Positions 9,882-18,981 of a DNA stretch of 64,000 nt are shown here, in pieces. This DNA comes from Reclinomonas americana ATCC 50394. Lineage: Eukaryota. Both the position numbers and the translations under genes were made by a program. The stretch is taken from assembly GCA_048213135.1 (NCBI GenBank), contig PS015009.1, positions 372,001 through 436,000 of the forward strand, given 5' to 3'. Below the pieces are notes generated by a model. It was not told where the DNA came from, made no database searches, and worked only from the letters and a program-made list of their open reading frames with translations. Position 1 is the stretch's first letter; every line of letters begins with the position of its first letter.

Positions 9882-12287
9882 ATGCGCCATTTTTTACTGC
9901 TTGTATTATTGCTTTCCGCGTTACCGGTACTTACAACTACCGCACAATCCCTTGCTGTTAATACCGATGGCTCCGCCGCGAATGCCAGTGCGCTGTTCGA
10001 TGTAAAATCAACGACAAAAGGTATACTCATACCCCGTCTTACAGAAACACAACGCGACGCCATCAGTAACCCGGCTACCGGTCTGCTCATTTATCAAACC
10101 AACAACACGGCAGGTTATTATTACAACTCCGGTACACCCGCTGTTCCGGCCTGGACAAAAATGCTGCAGGGCAGTGATAATTTCTGGCAGGCCAGCGGCA
10201 ATCATATTTACAATACCAATCCCAAATATGTAGGCATTGGCACCAGCAGCCCTAAAGCCCTGCTGCATGTTGTTGACAGCAGCGTGCTTTTCAGTACCGA
10301 TGGAGAAGCCCAGTTCAGCGGCACCGTTCCGCCCATAACCGGCGCTGGCCGAAGGATGATGTGGTATGCAGGCAAAGCCGCCTTCCGAGTAGGATATGTG
10401 TCGGGCAATGCCTGGGACAATACCTACATAGGCGTTTATTCCATTGCCATGGGATATAACCCAAAGGCCTGGGGATTTGCTTCTCTTGCCATAGGTTCAT
10501 CTGCGGAAGCCACCGGCAATAACTCCATGGCCATTGGTGCCAACGCGATCAGCATCGGCGACGGCGCCCTTGCCGCTGGAGAAAGTGTTACCGCGTCCGG
10601 CATACACTCCTCCGCATTTGGTTACAGCAATACCGCTACAGGTTCCAACACCGTTACCTTCGGGTATAACAACACCGCATCGGGCAGCTATTCCTTTGTT
10701 GCAGGTGAGCACAATACGACCTCGGGCAATTATTCACTTTCAACAGGAAAGAACAACCAGGCCGTTGGTATTCATTCCACCGCCGCAGGATTCAACAACC
10801 AGGCATTGGGGGATTATAGTTTGGCTTATGGCAGCAATAATACAACTGGTGCCTATGGTGCAATCGCTATGGGAGATTTTTCTTCTTCCACCGGCGAATT
10901 TGGTATATCGGTGGGACGTGGTGTGATGAATGCCGGCAAAGCCAGTTTCGCCCTCGGTGAATACCTGAATACCGTTTTCCCATCCGGCCATTATTCATTC
11001 GCCATGGGTTACCAGTCCAACGCGAAAGGACAATACTCAATGGTAACAGGAGAGTCGAGCCTGGCATCCGGAGAATACAGCGCCGCCAGGGGACAATCGG
11101 CCAGCGCATCGGCAAGATACAGTACCGCCTGGGGCAGCAGCTCCATAAGCACCGGTGAATACTGTTTTTCCTATGGCTCCAACTGTACCGCGGCTGGATA
11201 TGCATCACTGGCTTTTGGCAGCAGCAGCAGCGCCAGCGGCTCATACAGCCTGGCCATGGGCGGTAGCAGTATGGCGTCGGGCAATTCATCCATTGCCAAT
11301 GGCTTCTCAGCAACCGCCTCAGGGGAGTTTGCATTCAGCATGGGATTGAGCTCTTCCGCTTCGGGAATGTATTCCCAGTCATTCGGTAGCTCAACCATCG
11401 CTACAGGCAATCATTCGGTATCAGTAGGATATCAAACACAGGCCAATGCAGATTTTGCAGTCGCCTTCGGGGATAACAGCAAAGCGAACGCCATAGGCTC
11501 CTTCAGTTCCGGTATTTTCACTACTGCTTCAGGCACCTATTCCACAGTTTTTGGAGAAGGTACGGTTACGAAAGGACGCAATTGTTTTACCATCGGTGCT
11601 TTCAATGACGCTACCGATAACCCCAACGCCAGTACCGCCGCCACTACCGATCGTATCTTCCAGGTTGGTAACGGTACCAATGTAACCGGCGCCAATGCCA
11701 TGACCATTCTGCGCAGCGGCAACACCGGTATTGGCACTGTTTCTCCCACCTCGCCGCTTCAATTCAGCAATGCGCTGGGCCGCAAGATCACTTTATATGA
11801 AGGCAGCAGCAACTCCCATTACGGCTTTGGCGTACAGGGCGGGCAATTGCAGATGTATACCGATGCCGCGGCTGCCAAAATAAGTTTCGGTTACTACACC
11901 AGCGGAACCTTCACGGAAAGAATGTGGCTCAACAACAGCACCGGCGTACTAACGGTAGCGGCTACTGCCTATCCTTCCGATGAACGGTTTAAAAAAGACA
12001 TTAGTCCCATCAATAATCCCCTGCAACAATTACTTACCCTCAGGGGCGTGGAATACAGTATGCGTACAGATGAGTTCCCCGGCATGCATTTCAGTTCCGG
12101 CAGGCAAACAGGATTGCTGGCGCAGGAAGTGGAGAAAGTGATGCCATCAGCTGTATACACCATCAATGAAGAAGGATATAAAGGCGTGGACTATGCCAAG
12201 CTGGTTCCGTTGCTTATTGAGTCCATCAAAGCACAGCAACTCCAGATCGACGAGCTGAAGAAGAAAGTAGCAGGTTTGAATCCTTAA
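9882..12287 (+). CDS. Secreted trimeric fibre/adhesin-like protein: YadA-head-like 14-residue repeats and C-terminal peptidase S74 intramolecular chaperone
   Basis: Signal peptide MRHFLLLV..AQ. N-terminal DVKSTTKGILIPRL..RDAISNPATGLLIYQT module. About 28 repeats of the form A.G..S.A.G. C-terminal SDERFKKDI..GLLAQEVE..VDYAKLVPLLIESIK plus coiled coil. Confidence 0.85.
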   Translation: MRHFLLLVLLLSALPVLTTTAQSLAVNTDGSAANASALFDVKSTTKGILIPRLTETQRDAISNPATGLLIYQTNNTAGYYYNSGTPAVPAWTKMLQGSDNFWQASGNHIYNTNPKYVGIGTSSPKALLHVVDSSVLFSTDGEAQFSGTVPPITGAGRRMMWYAGKAAFRVGYVSGNAWDNTYIGVYSIAMGYNPKAWGFASLAIGSSAEATGNNSMAIGANAISIGDGALAAGESVTASGIHSSAFGYSNTATGSNTVTFGYNNTASGSYSFVAGEHNTTSGNYSLSTGKNNQAVGIHSTAAGFNNQALGDYSLAYGSNNTTGAYGAIAMGDFSSSTGEFGISVGRGVMNAGKASFALGEYLNTVFPSGHYSFAMGYQSNAKGQYSMVTGESSLASGEYSAARGQSASASARYSTAWGSSSISTGEYCFSYGSNCTAAGYASLAFGSSSSASGSYSLAMGGSSMASGNSSIANGFSATASGEFAFSMGLSSSASGMYSQSFGSSTIATGNHSVSVGYQTQANADFAVAFGDNSKANAIGSFSSGIFTTASGTYSTVFGEGTVTKGRNCFTIGAFNDATDNPNASTAATTDRIFQVGNGTNVTGANAMTILRSGNTGIGTVSPTSPLQFSNALGRKITLYEGSSNSHYGFGVQGGQLQMYTDAAAAKISFGYYTSGTFTERMWLNNSTGVLTVAATAYPSDERFKKDISPINNPLQQLLTLRGVEYSMRTDEFPGMHFSSGRQTGLLAQEVEKVMPSAVYTINEEGYKGVDYAKLVPLLIESIKAQQLQIDELKKKVAGLNP

Positions 12288-12321
12288 ATCAAAAATTCGT
12301 AATTCATACAAAACTTCTCTT

Positions 12322-13053
12322 ATGAAAAGAAAACTATTCCTCGCCGGCACAGTCCTGGCCCTGCTCAGCGCCTTTGCTTATGGGGACGACATCCTGAAAA
12401 AGCTGGGCACGTCTCCCGGCGCTGCCGAATACAGCATACTGGCCAACATTACAGGCGAAAGGGAATTCAGCCTGCCTTATGCGAAATTGCTCCCGTCCAT
12501 TATACAGGGTGATAAGACCGGCGCCGCCAAAGAACTTTGCGCCTATATCCGGGAGTATTGCAGCAGTGAAGCCTTCATCAGCAAATACAGGGAAAAACGA
12601 GAAGCGGCCAAACCTACCGACGAACCGCCAGCCATGACACCGGAGCTGAAAGACATGTACAGCAGCAGCATTAAAGAGATGGAAAAATTATTGAAAGACC
12701 CCAATACCGCGAAATACCTTGATAAAAAAGTAAAGGAAGCTACGCAAAAACAGATCGATGAAATGAAAGCAGCGCTGGCCATGGGCAATGACCCTGCACC
12801 GAATAAAACCAAATGGGAAAAGAATTATCCCGCGGATGTGAACCAGTTATTGAAAAGAAGATTGCAGCAGTACATCGACCTTGCAGCTACTGTCGATTTC
12901 AGTGCCACACTTGTCCCCAGGGGATCGAAAATGATATTTGCCAATCCGGAATATGAAAAGAAAAGCCTGCAATGGAAAGCCTGTTACCGGGCCGGTAAAG
13001 AAGTGAATGCCGTGGTAACCGCTTTTGCCCGCGACTGGATGAAGGCTCTGTAG
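12322..13053 (+). CDS. Hypothetical exported alpha-helical protein
   Basis: 243 aa ORF with signal peptide and a helical, charged core. No family recognised with confidence. Confidence 0.75.
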   Translation: MKRKLFLAGTVLALLSAFAYGDDILKKLGTSPGAAEYSILANITGEREFSLPYAKLLPSIIQGDKTGAAKELCAYIREYCSSEAFISKYREKREAAKPTDEPPAMTPELKDMYSSSIKEMEKLLKDPNTAKYLDKKVKEATQKQIDEMKAALAMGNDPAPNKTKWEKNYPADVNQLLKRRLQQYIDLAATVDFSATLVPRGSKMIFANPEYEKKSLQWKACYRAGKEVNAVVTAFARDWMKAL

Positions 13054-13081
13054 CCCGCGAACATTTGTTACCTTCGCGGCC

Positions 13082-14032
13082 ATGCCGGATATATCATCTT
13101 TACGGATCATTTTTATGGGCACGCCTGAATTTGCCGTGGCCAGTCTTGATGCCCTGGTTAAGGCCGGGGCGCATATTGTAGGTGTGATCACCGCGCCGGA
13201 TAAAGCCGCGGGTCGTGGGTTACAACTGCAGCAAAGCGCTGTAAAACAATATGCCGAAGCACAGGGCCTCCATGTATTACAACCTGAAAAATTGAAGAAC
13301 CCCGCATTCCTGGAAGAGCTGCGCTCCCTCAGAGCTGACCTGCAGGTGGTGGTTGCCTTTCGTATGTTGCCCGAAATGGTTTGGAATATGCCGCCAATGG
13401 GCACCATCAATCTCCATGGCTCTTTACTGCCCCAATACCGTGGCGCCGCTCCCATCAACTGGGCGGTGATCAATGGCGAGAAAGAGACCGGTGTTACCAC
13501 CTTCCAGTTACAGCACGAGATCGATACGGGCAATATATTACAGCAGGAAAGTTTCCCCATCGGTGAATCCGAAACTGCAGGCGAGGTGCACGACAGGATG
13601 AAAATGATCGGGGCCGGGTTACTTGTAAAAACAGTACAGGGCATTGCTGACGGATCATTACAAGCCATCCCGCAGGATAAGGTTACAGCAGACCCCGCTA
13701 CGCTGAAACACGCTCCTAAAATATTTACAGAGACCTGCCAGGTGGACTGGACCAAAACAGTGGATGAAGTATACAATCTTATCCGCGGTCTTTCTCCTTA
13801 CCCAACTGCCTTCACTTTTCTTGACGGGAAGAAACTGAAAATATTCAGCGCACAGAAACAGGCCGGAACACCTGCTGCAACAGGTACACACACATCCGAC
13901 CAGAAAACCTACCTGCAGTTTGCCTGTGCAGACGGGTTCCTGCGTATTACCGACCTGCAACTGGAAGGCAAGAAAAGAATGAAAGTGGAAGATTTCCTGA
14001 GGGGCTACCGTTTTCATCCTGACCAGGTATAA
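13082..14032 (+). CDS. fmt: Methionyl-tRNA formyltransferase
   Basis: IIFMGTPEFA, INLHGSLLPQYRGAAPINWA, LQLEGKKRM. Confidence 0.97.
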   Translation: MPDISSLRIIFMGTPEFAVASLDALVKAGAHIVGVITAPDKAAGRGLQLQQSAVKQYAEAQGLHVLQPEKLKNPAFLEELRSLRADLQVVVAFRMLPEMVWNMPPMGTINLHGSLLPQYRGAAPINWAVINGEKETGVTTFQLQHEIDTGNILQQESFPIGESETAGEVHDRMKMIGAGLLVKTVQGIADGSLQAIPQDKVTADPATLKHAPKIFTETCQVDWTKTVDEVYNLIRGLSPYPTAFTFLDGKKLKIFSAQKQAGTPAATGTHTSDQKTYLQFACADGFLRITDLQLEGKKRMKVEDFLRGYRFHPDQV

Positions 14033-14050
14033 CACAACATCGTTAAAATA

Positions 14051-14077
14051 AAGAAGCCTCCGCAATGGAGGCTTCTT
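14051..14077. terminator. Bidirectional terminator between convergent genes
   Basis: Perfect 11-bp stem AAGAAGCCTCC-GCAAT-GGAGGCTTCTT. Confidence 0.8.
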
Positions 14078-14094
14078 CTATAAAAAGAGTTCTC

Positions 14095-15255
14095 TTATTT
14101 AATTTTCAGCTTATCCAGCAAAGCCTTGTCAATGGCTGATTTGGGCACTACCAGGCTGATGGTGTTGATAGCGAAATAGGCTTCCGATACATTGATGTAG
14201 CCCTTATACGGACCACCTTCGCCCCATGAATTTTTTACCAGGAAGAAGGTCTTGCCATTCTTATCTTTTTCAATACCGGTAATGTGCATCAGGTGATCGT
14301 CCTGCGTGGTGAGGTTTTCAAACAATTCCTGCCGGCGTGCCGCGTCCCAGGCACCTTCCTGCGGATTATTGGAGATCATCTCTACCTTATTCTTCATCTC
14401 TTTATCATCCAGCTTCAACCCGTCGAGGTTCAACGCCGTTCCGAATTTCACGATGAAACCATTGTTGCTTACGTCGGCATCCCACATCAGCGAATAGCCT
14501 TTACCCAATACAGATTGTGCCAGGCTAATCATTTCATTCAGCGGGAGGTTATAATAAGAACCATTACTGAAATTATCCGGCACTTCTATAATGAAGGGCT
14601 GGTAATATGGATGATGCGTAAAAGAAGTGATGTTCACATAGTCATCAGGATTGAACTTCAACGCTTCTGTTGCGAATGACTTTGGCGTATACTCTTTACC
14701 GTTATAATTGAATTTGGCAGGCGGAACACCCATGGTTTCATCCAGCAGGGCCGTATAACCGCTGAGCCAGTTGGCCGGTACCGGGCTGATCTTGAGGATA
14801 CTGTCCAGGTATTGTTTCAGTGCCGGGGCCATACTGCTATGGTCATATCCTTTGGCATCGCCTTTAATACCACTGTACACACTTTCAGGCATAGCACCGT
14901 AAGTAGCGATGGCACGAATGAGGTCATGCCCCAGTCCGCCTTCACCAAACTGCGCATGTCCCTGGCGGAGAACGTAGTTCTTCGCTTTTTCAACATAGAT
15001 ATTTCTTACCGTGAACATTTCGCTCAGGTCGTAGGTACCCAATTTGTTTTTCAGGCACTGGCTTTCTACAAGCGACGTTGTGGAAAAACACCAGCAGGTG
15101 CCGGTAGCGCCCTGGCTTTTTACGGGTGTGGCCGCGGCACTGTTTTGTACCGTGTACACAACAGGCACTCGTCCGCTTACGCGTTTGCTGGAGTCCTGTG
15201 CGAATACTGTTCCGGCTACGACAATACCCGCGGCCAGCAGGAGGATAGGTTTCAT
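14095..15255 (-). CDS. Exported C1-family cysteine aminopeptidase (aminopeptidase C / bleomycin hydrolase-like)
   Basis: QGATGTCWCFS, DDHLMHITG, VKNSWG catalytic motifs. Signal peptide. Confidence 0.92.
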   Translation of the reverse strand: MKPILLLAAGIVVAGTVFAQDSSKRVSGRVPVVYTVQNSAAATPVKSQGATGTCWCFSTTSLVESQCLKNKLGTYDLSEMFTVRNIYVEKAKNYVLRQGHAQFGEGGLGHDLIRAIATYGAMPESVYSGIKGDAKGYDHSSMAPALKQYLDSILKISPVPANWLSGYTALLDETMGVPPAKFNYNGKEYTPKSFATEALKFNPDDYVNITSFTHHPYYQPFIIEVPDNFSNGSYYNLPLNEMISLAQSVLGKGYSLMWDADVSNNGFIVKFGTALNLDGLKLDDKEMKNKVEMISNNPQEGAWDAARRQELFENLTTQDDHLMHITGIEKDKNGKTFFLVKNSWGEGGPYKGYINVSEAYFAINTISLVVPKSAIDKALLDKLKIK

Positions 15256-15256
15256 T

Positions 15257-16279
15257 TTATCTGGTATAGTTTATTACGCAATTGAAATTATTTTCACCCA
15301 CACCCAGCTCGGTAGCGGCAGCATTGCTGATCCTCACGAGCAGACCGGTATTCTGTTTGATATCCGGCATAGCGTCCAGCACTTTGGCATAAATCGATTT
15401 TCCTGTTGTACTGCTGGTGATCTTGATGATCGTATTTGGTGCGGCTTCATTGTACAGGCAATAGTATTTACCATCGTTCCAGCCGCTGGTGGTCTTAAAT
15501 ATACCCGCCTGTCCTTCCGAACGGCTGGCGCTGCCTGGCTGGCCTTCATACAGGCTCTTAAAAGCCCCGCCTTTAAAATCAACCGGCTTATTGGTATTCA
15601 CGGCAACCGGTTTGGGGTCGGGTGTTTCTGTAATGGTTTTGGGGGCTTCTTTCACCGGTTCTGTAACCACAGGTTTTTCTACGGGTGCAGTCTTAACCAC
15701 TTTCGGTTCTTCCTTCACCGGTTCCTGTTTTACAACCGGAGGAGGTGGTGTTACTTTGGGTGTTGTGGCGGCAACAGGCGATACCACACTCTCCATAGAT
15801 ACCGCTTTTGCCGATAAAGGCGACTGGTCGGTTTTTACTTTCAGGTAGCCCACTACAAGACGGGTACCGTTAGACACCGCGTCGGTCTTAATATTATTCC
15901 AGTCCTTAAGTGTTTGCAGCGGCAGTTTGTTGTGATTAAGCGCTACACGGTACAGGCCTTCTTTTTCTTTCACCACATGCCATACGGCAACGGTTGATTC
16001 GTCAGCCGCGGCTTTGCCCGATTGTATGAAGTTGACATCGGTAAGCGGTATTTTGATCGTTTGCCCGATGCTGAGCCCTTTTTCCAGTTCAAGTTTATTA
16101 AAAGGAGCGATCTCTTTCGGGCTGATGTTGTACATCCTGCCGATGCTGTAATAATTTTCTTTTGGCGCAACCGTATGACTAAGATACAGGCCGGGCGATG
16201 TGCCTTCCACGATGAGCGGTTTGTCCTGCGCCCTGGTGAGCGCCGGCAGGCAAAGCAATAAAAAAAGGATTCGTTTCAT
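15257..16279 (-). CDS. LysM peptidoglycan-binding protein with Pro/Lys-rich linker and C-terminal RlpA-like (DPBB) domain
   Basis: Two LysM-like repeats (HTVAPKENYYSIGRMYNI; HVVKEKEGLYRVA) and a C-terminal IIKITSSTTGKSIYAKVLD..RISNAAATELG segment. Confidence 0.8.
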   Translation of the reverse strand: MKRILFLLLCLPALTRAQDKPLIVEGTSPGLYLSHTVAPKENYYSIGRMYNISPKEIAPFNKLELEKGLSIGQTIKIPLTDVNFIQSGKAAADESTVAVWHVVKEKEGLYRVALNHNKLPLQTLKDWNNIKTDAVSNGTRLVVGYLKVKTDQSPLSAKAVSMESVVSPVAATTPKVTPPPPVVKQEPVKEEPKVVKTAPVEKPVVTEPVKEAPKTITETPDPKPVAVNTNKPVDFKGGAFKSLYEGQPGSASRSEGQAGIFKTTSGWNDGKYYCLYNEAAPNTIIKITSSTTGKSIYAKVLDAMPDIKQNTGLLVRISNAAATELGVGENNFNCVINYTR

Positions 16280-16358
16280 CTGTTGTTTACTTTTTTCTGC
16301 GGATACCGGATTTTATGTTCCCCGCAAAGATGCGGAATTTGACTGATTGACGGCTATA

Positions 16359-17756
16359 TCATTTGTTCAGTATCCGCCATGCCGCCGGGTAGTAATTATT
16401 GATCCTGTTGGGGAGTACTTTTATCCATCCCAGGTTCAATCCTTCATACTGCACCAGTGACCAGCCTTTTCCCGTACCTGTACCCGCTTTCAATTCTTCC
16501 CGGCGAAGGTATTGAAGCGCTTCTTCCCGGTCAAATGTTACGGACCTGACATTGCGATTGATGGCTGCAGCCAGTGCCAGTTCATGATCCGGGACCAGTT
16601 CCTCCCGAATAATCGTGCCGGTTTTTACACCCGCCTTACGGATGTAGAGCGTATTTTGTACCGTCGTAAAAACATCTTCCACAGCCGAAGGAAGCACGAT
16701 CACTTCCTCATTCTGACGTATATAAATAAAATCACCCGGTTGTTGCAGCCAGGGGCTGATCACTTCTTTTTCCTTTGAGGTGAGCTTTTCGCTTTTTAAC
16801 TTTTTATTATCTCTTGTCTGTTCTGTAGCGCTGGTCTTCCGGAGTACGGTGATAAAAAAACCTTCTCCCTGCACCTGGTCAGGATAGAAACGGTAACCCC
16901 ATCCCTGTCCCTGTTTTCCTGTCGTTTCAATGATCTGCCAGTCCGGGTCAACAGGTATTTGTACCGGTTCCCAGCCGTCCTGCTCCAGTAACCAGGTCAG
17001 TATCTCCTCATCTTCTTCCGCGGAATAGGAGCAGGTGGAATAAATAAGAATACCTCCTTCTTTAAGCGCAGGTTCCGCATCGGCCAGTATGCGCTGCTGG
17101 CGCTGGCTGCACAACAACACATTGGACTCACTCCATTCTGAAATGGCCCCGGGGTCACGGCGAAAAAGCCCGCTCCCGCTGCAGGGCGCATCTACTACCA
17201 TCACATCAAAAAAACCGGGTAACCGTTGAAAATCCCTGGGATCGTTATTGGTGACGATCACATTGGCCGCTCCCCATTTGGTGATATTTTCTGAAAGTAT
17301 AGCGGCCCTGCTTTTGATCACTTCATTGCTTACCAGGCAACTCTCTGCCGAAATGAGTGATTGCAATAAAGTAGATTTTCCACCCGGCGCCGCACAAAGA
17401 TCCAGTACACGAAGAGATTGAGTAAGGTCAACCGATTGCCGCAATGCCTGTTCCAGGAACATACTGCTGGCTTCCTGCACATAATAAGCGCCTGCATGCA
17501 ACAGCGGGTCCAGCGTGTAGGATGGCCGCTCTGAAAGATAGTATCCATAACTGCTCCAGGGAACAGCACCCGCGCTGATACCGGTAAAGGCAGCAGGGAG
17601 TTGCGTGATCTTTGCAGGATTGATGCGCAGGGAATGAACAGCGGGACCGGCTTCGTGCACCTGTACAAAGCTTTCTTTACGAAAACCGGGCGCCTGTTCG
17701 AGTGCTATTAATAATGATGGGGGTAACAAAAAATTCTTTTCGGCAAAAATACCCAT
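16359..17756 (-). CDS. RsmB/RsmF (NOL1/NOP2/Sun) rRNA cytosine-C5 methyltransferase
   Basis: YYVQEASSM, VLDLCAAPGGKST, DAPCSGSG, IYSTCS, RINNYYP. Confidence 0.93.
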   Translation of the reverse strand: MGIFAEKNFLLPPSLLIALEQAPGFRKESFVQVHEAGPAVHSLRINPAKITQLPAAFTGISAGAVPWSSYGYYLSERPSYTLDPLLHAGAYYVQEASSMFLEQALRQSVDLTQSLRVLDLCAAPGGKSTLLQSLISAESCLVSNEVIKSRAAILSENITKWGAANVIVTNNDPRDFQRLPGFFDVMVVDAPCSGSGLFRRDPGAISEWSESNVLLCSQRQQRILADAEPALKEGGILIYSTCSYSAEEDEEILTWLLEQDGWEPVQIPVDPDWQIIETTGKQGQGWGYRFYPDQVQGEGFFITVLRKTSATEQTRDNKKLKSEKLTSKEKEVISPWLQQPGDFIYIRQNEEVIVLPSAVEDVFTTVQNTLYIRKAGVKTGTIIREELVPDHELALAAAINRNVRSVTFDREEALQYLRREELKAGTGTGKGWSLVQYEGLNLGWIKVLPNRINNYYPAAWRILNK

Positions 17757-17801
17757 AACCCTGCATAATTGACCAGGGTTAAGCTACAATCTGGAACCTG
17801 C

Positions 17802-18926
17802 TTACTCGGAAATCCTGACACGGGAGATGATGACTTCCACGCGGCGGTTTTTACTGCGCCCGCCAGCGGTATTGTTATCTGCCACCGGCTCTGAAATGCC
17901 TTTACCGGCAGCAGACATACTGCCCGCCATTTGCGGCAATTTTCCCGCCATGTAGTCCTTTACCACTGTTGCCCTGTCGGCCGCCAGCTTTTCGTTAAGC
18001 GCCAGGGTACCGGTATTGTCGGCATGACCGTTAATCTCGAGCCGGGCAACTTTCTGCACGGCAATAACGGATATAACGCTGTCGAGTATACGCTTAACGG
18101 CAGGCTTTAATGCAGCGCTGTTCACATCAAATAATACAGAAGGAATGGTAATGGTGTCTCTTGTGAAGACGGGCGGCTTTTTGACAATCACAGTTTCTGC
18201 GGCAGGTACCTTGGCTTCGCTGTGGCGCAGGTTCTGTGCATATATTCTTTTTACATTGGTTACATAATCGGTACAAAGGGGAATACCGGATACGGAACGC
18301 AACACCATCTCATCAAGAAAATAAAAAACATCCCCGCTCTGGTTCATGGCATCTTTCATGGAATAGGTATAAGGGATGGGCGGGTTATTGCCCAGGATGA
18401 GGTACATTTCACCACCTGCCGCCTTCATCGTTTTCCGGATATGCTGCCATTGCACATCGCCACCGTCAATATCTTTTTCCGTAATAATGATGGCTTTGTT
18501 CTTATCCAGTTTGTTCATGGAAAAAATATCGGGTTCTTTGGTGGCCAGGTACATATCCAGTCCGCGGAAGGGTTTTCTTCCTGTATTGATATAAAACCCG
18601 ATCTCGTACTCTTCATCCTTTATCATGGGACAACAGAGCATTGTATACGTAAATCTTTGATTTTTTGCTGAAGGAAGAACACTGCCTACCGGCAGCAGTA
18701 ACAACATGTGTCCTGCTTTGGGGGTTACAGCCGAACCCCTGCCAATGAGAAAATTGGTGGCCGGCACATTGAACCAGGCTTCGGGTGCGCAGGGGGCATT
18801 GTATTCCGTACAGGTATTGATATCTTCAAAACCGGGGTTGGCCAGCAGGTTGCCGGAATTACCCTGGGCAAAGAGTTTGCCGGTGATCAAAAGCAGGAAG
18901 GTGCCTGTAACAAGTGTGAGTTTCAT
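17802..18926 (-). CDS. OmpA family protein with N-terminal beta-sandwich domain
   Basis: Signal peptide, NLLANPGFED N-terminus, OmpA_C motifs GHADNTG..N..L...RA and NRRVEV. Confidence 0.85.
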   Translation of the reverse strand: MKLTLVTGTFLLLITGKLFAQGNSGNLLANPGFEDINTCTEYNAPCAPEAWFNVPATNFLIGRGSAVTPKAGHMLLLLPVGSVLPSAKNQRFTYTMLCCPMIKDEEYEIGFYINTGRKPFRGLDMYLATKEPDIFSMNKLDKNKAIIITEKDIDGGDVQWQHIRKTMKAAGGEMYLILGNNPPIPYTYSMKDAMNQSGDVFYFLDEMVLRSVSGIPLCTDYVTNVKRIYAQNLRHSEAKVPAAETVIVKKPPVFTRDTITIPSVLFDVNSAALKPAVKRILDSVISVIAVQKVARLEINGHADNTGTLALNEKLAADRATVVKDYMAGKLPQMAGSMSAAGKGISEPVADNNTAGGRSKNRRVEVIISRVRISE

Positions 18927-18981
18927 AGACAACCGCACATTAATGATCTGTGAACGCCCGGCACTTTTTTTTAGTACCCGC

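Noticed and set aside
9882-12287. Prophage interpretation of the S74 tail-fibre-like gene
   Set aside because: The protein has a signal peptide and there are no capsid, terminase, integrase or lysis genes in the window.
18961-18977. GCACTTTTTTTTAGTAC, resembling the two-component operator box
   Set aside because: The spacing is off by one, the GGGTAG half is missing, and it points away from the nearest downstream gene start. Likely a chance T-run.
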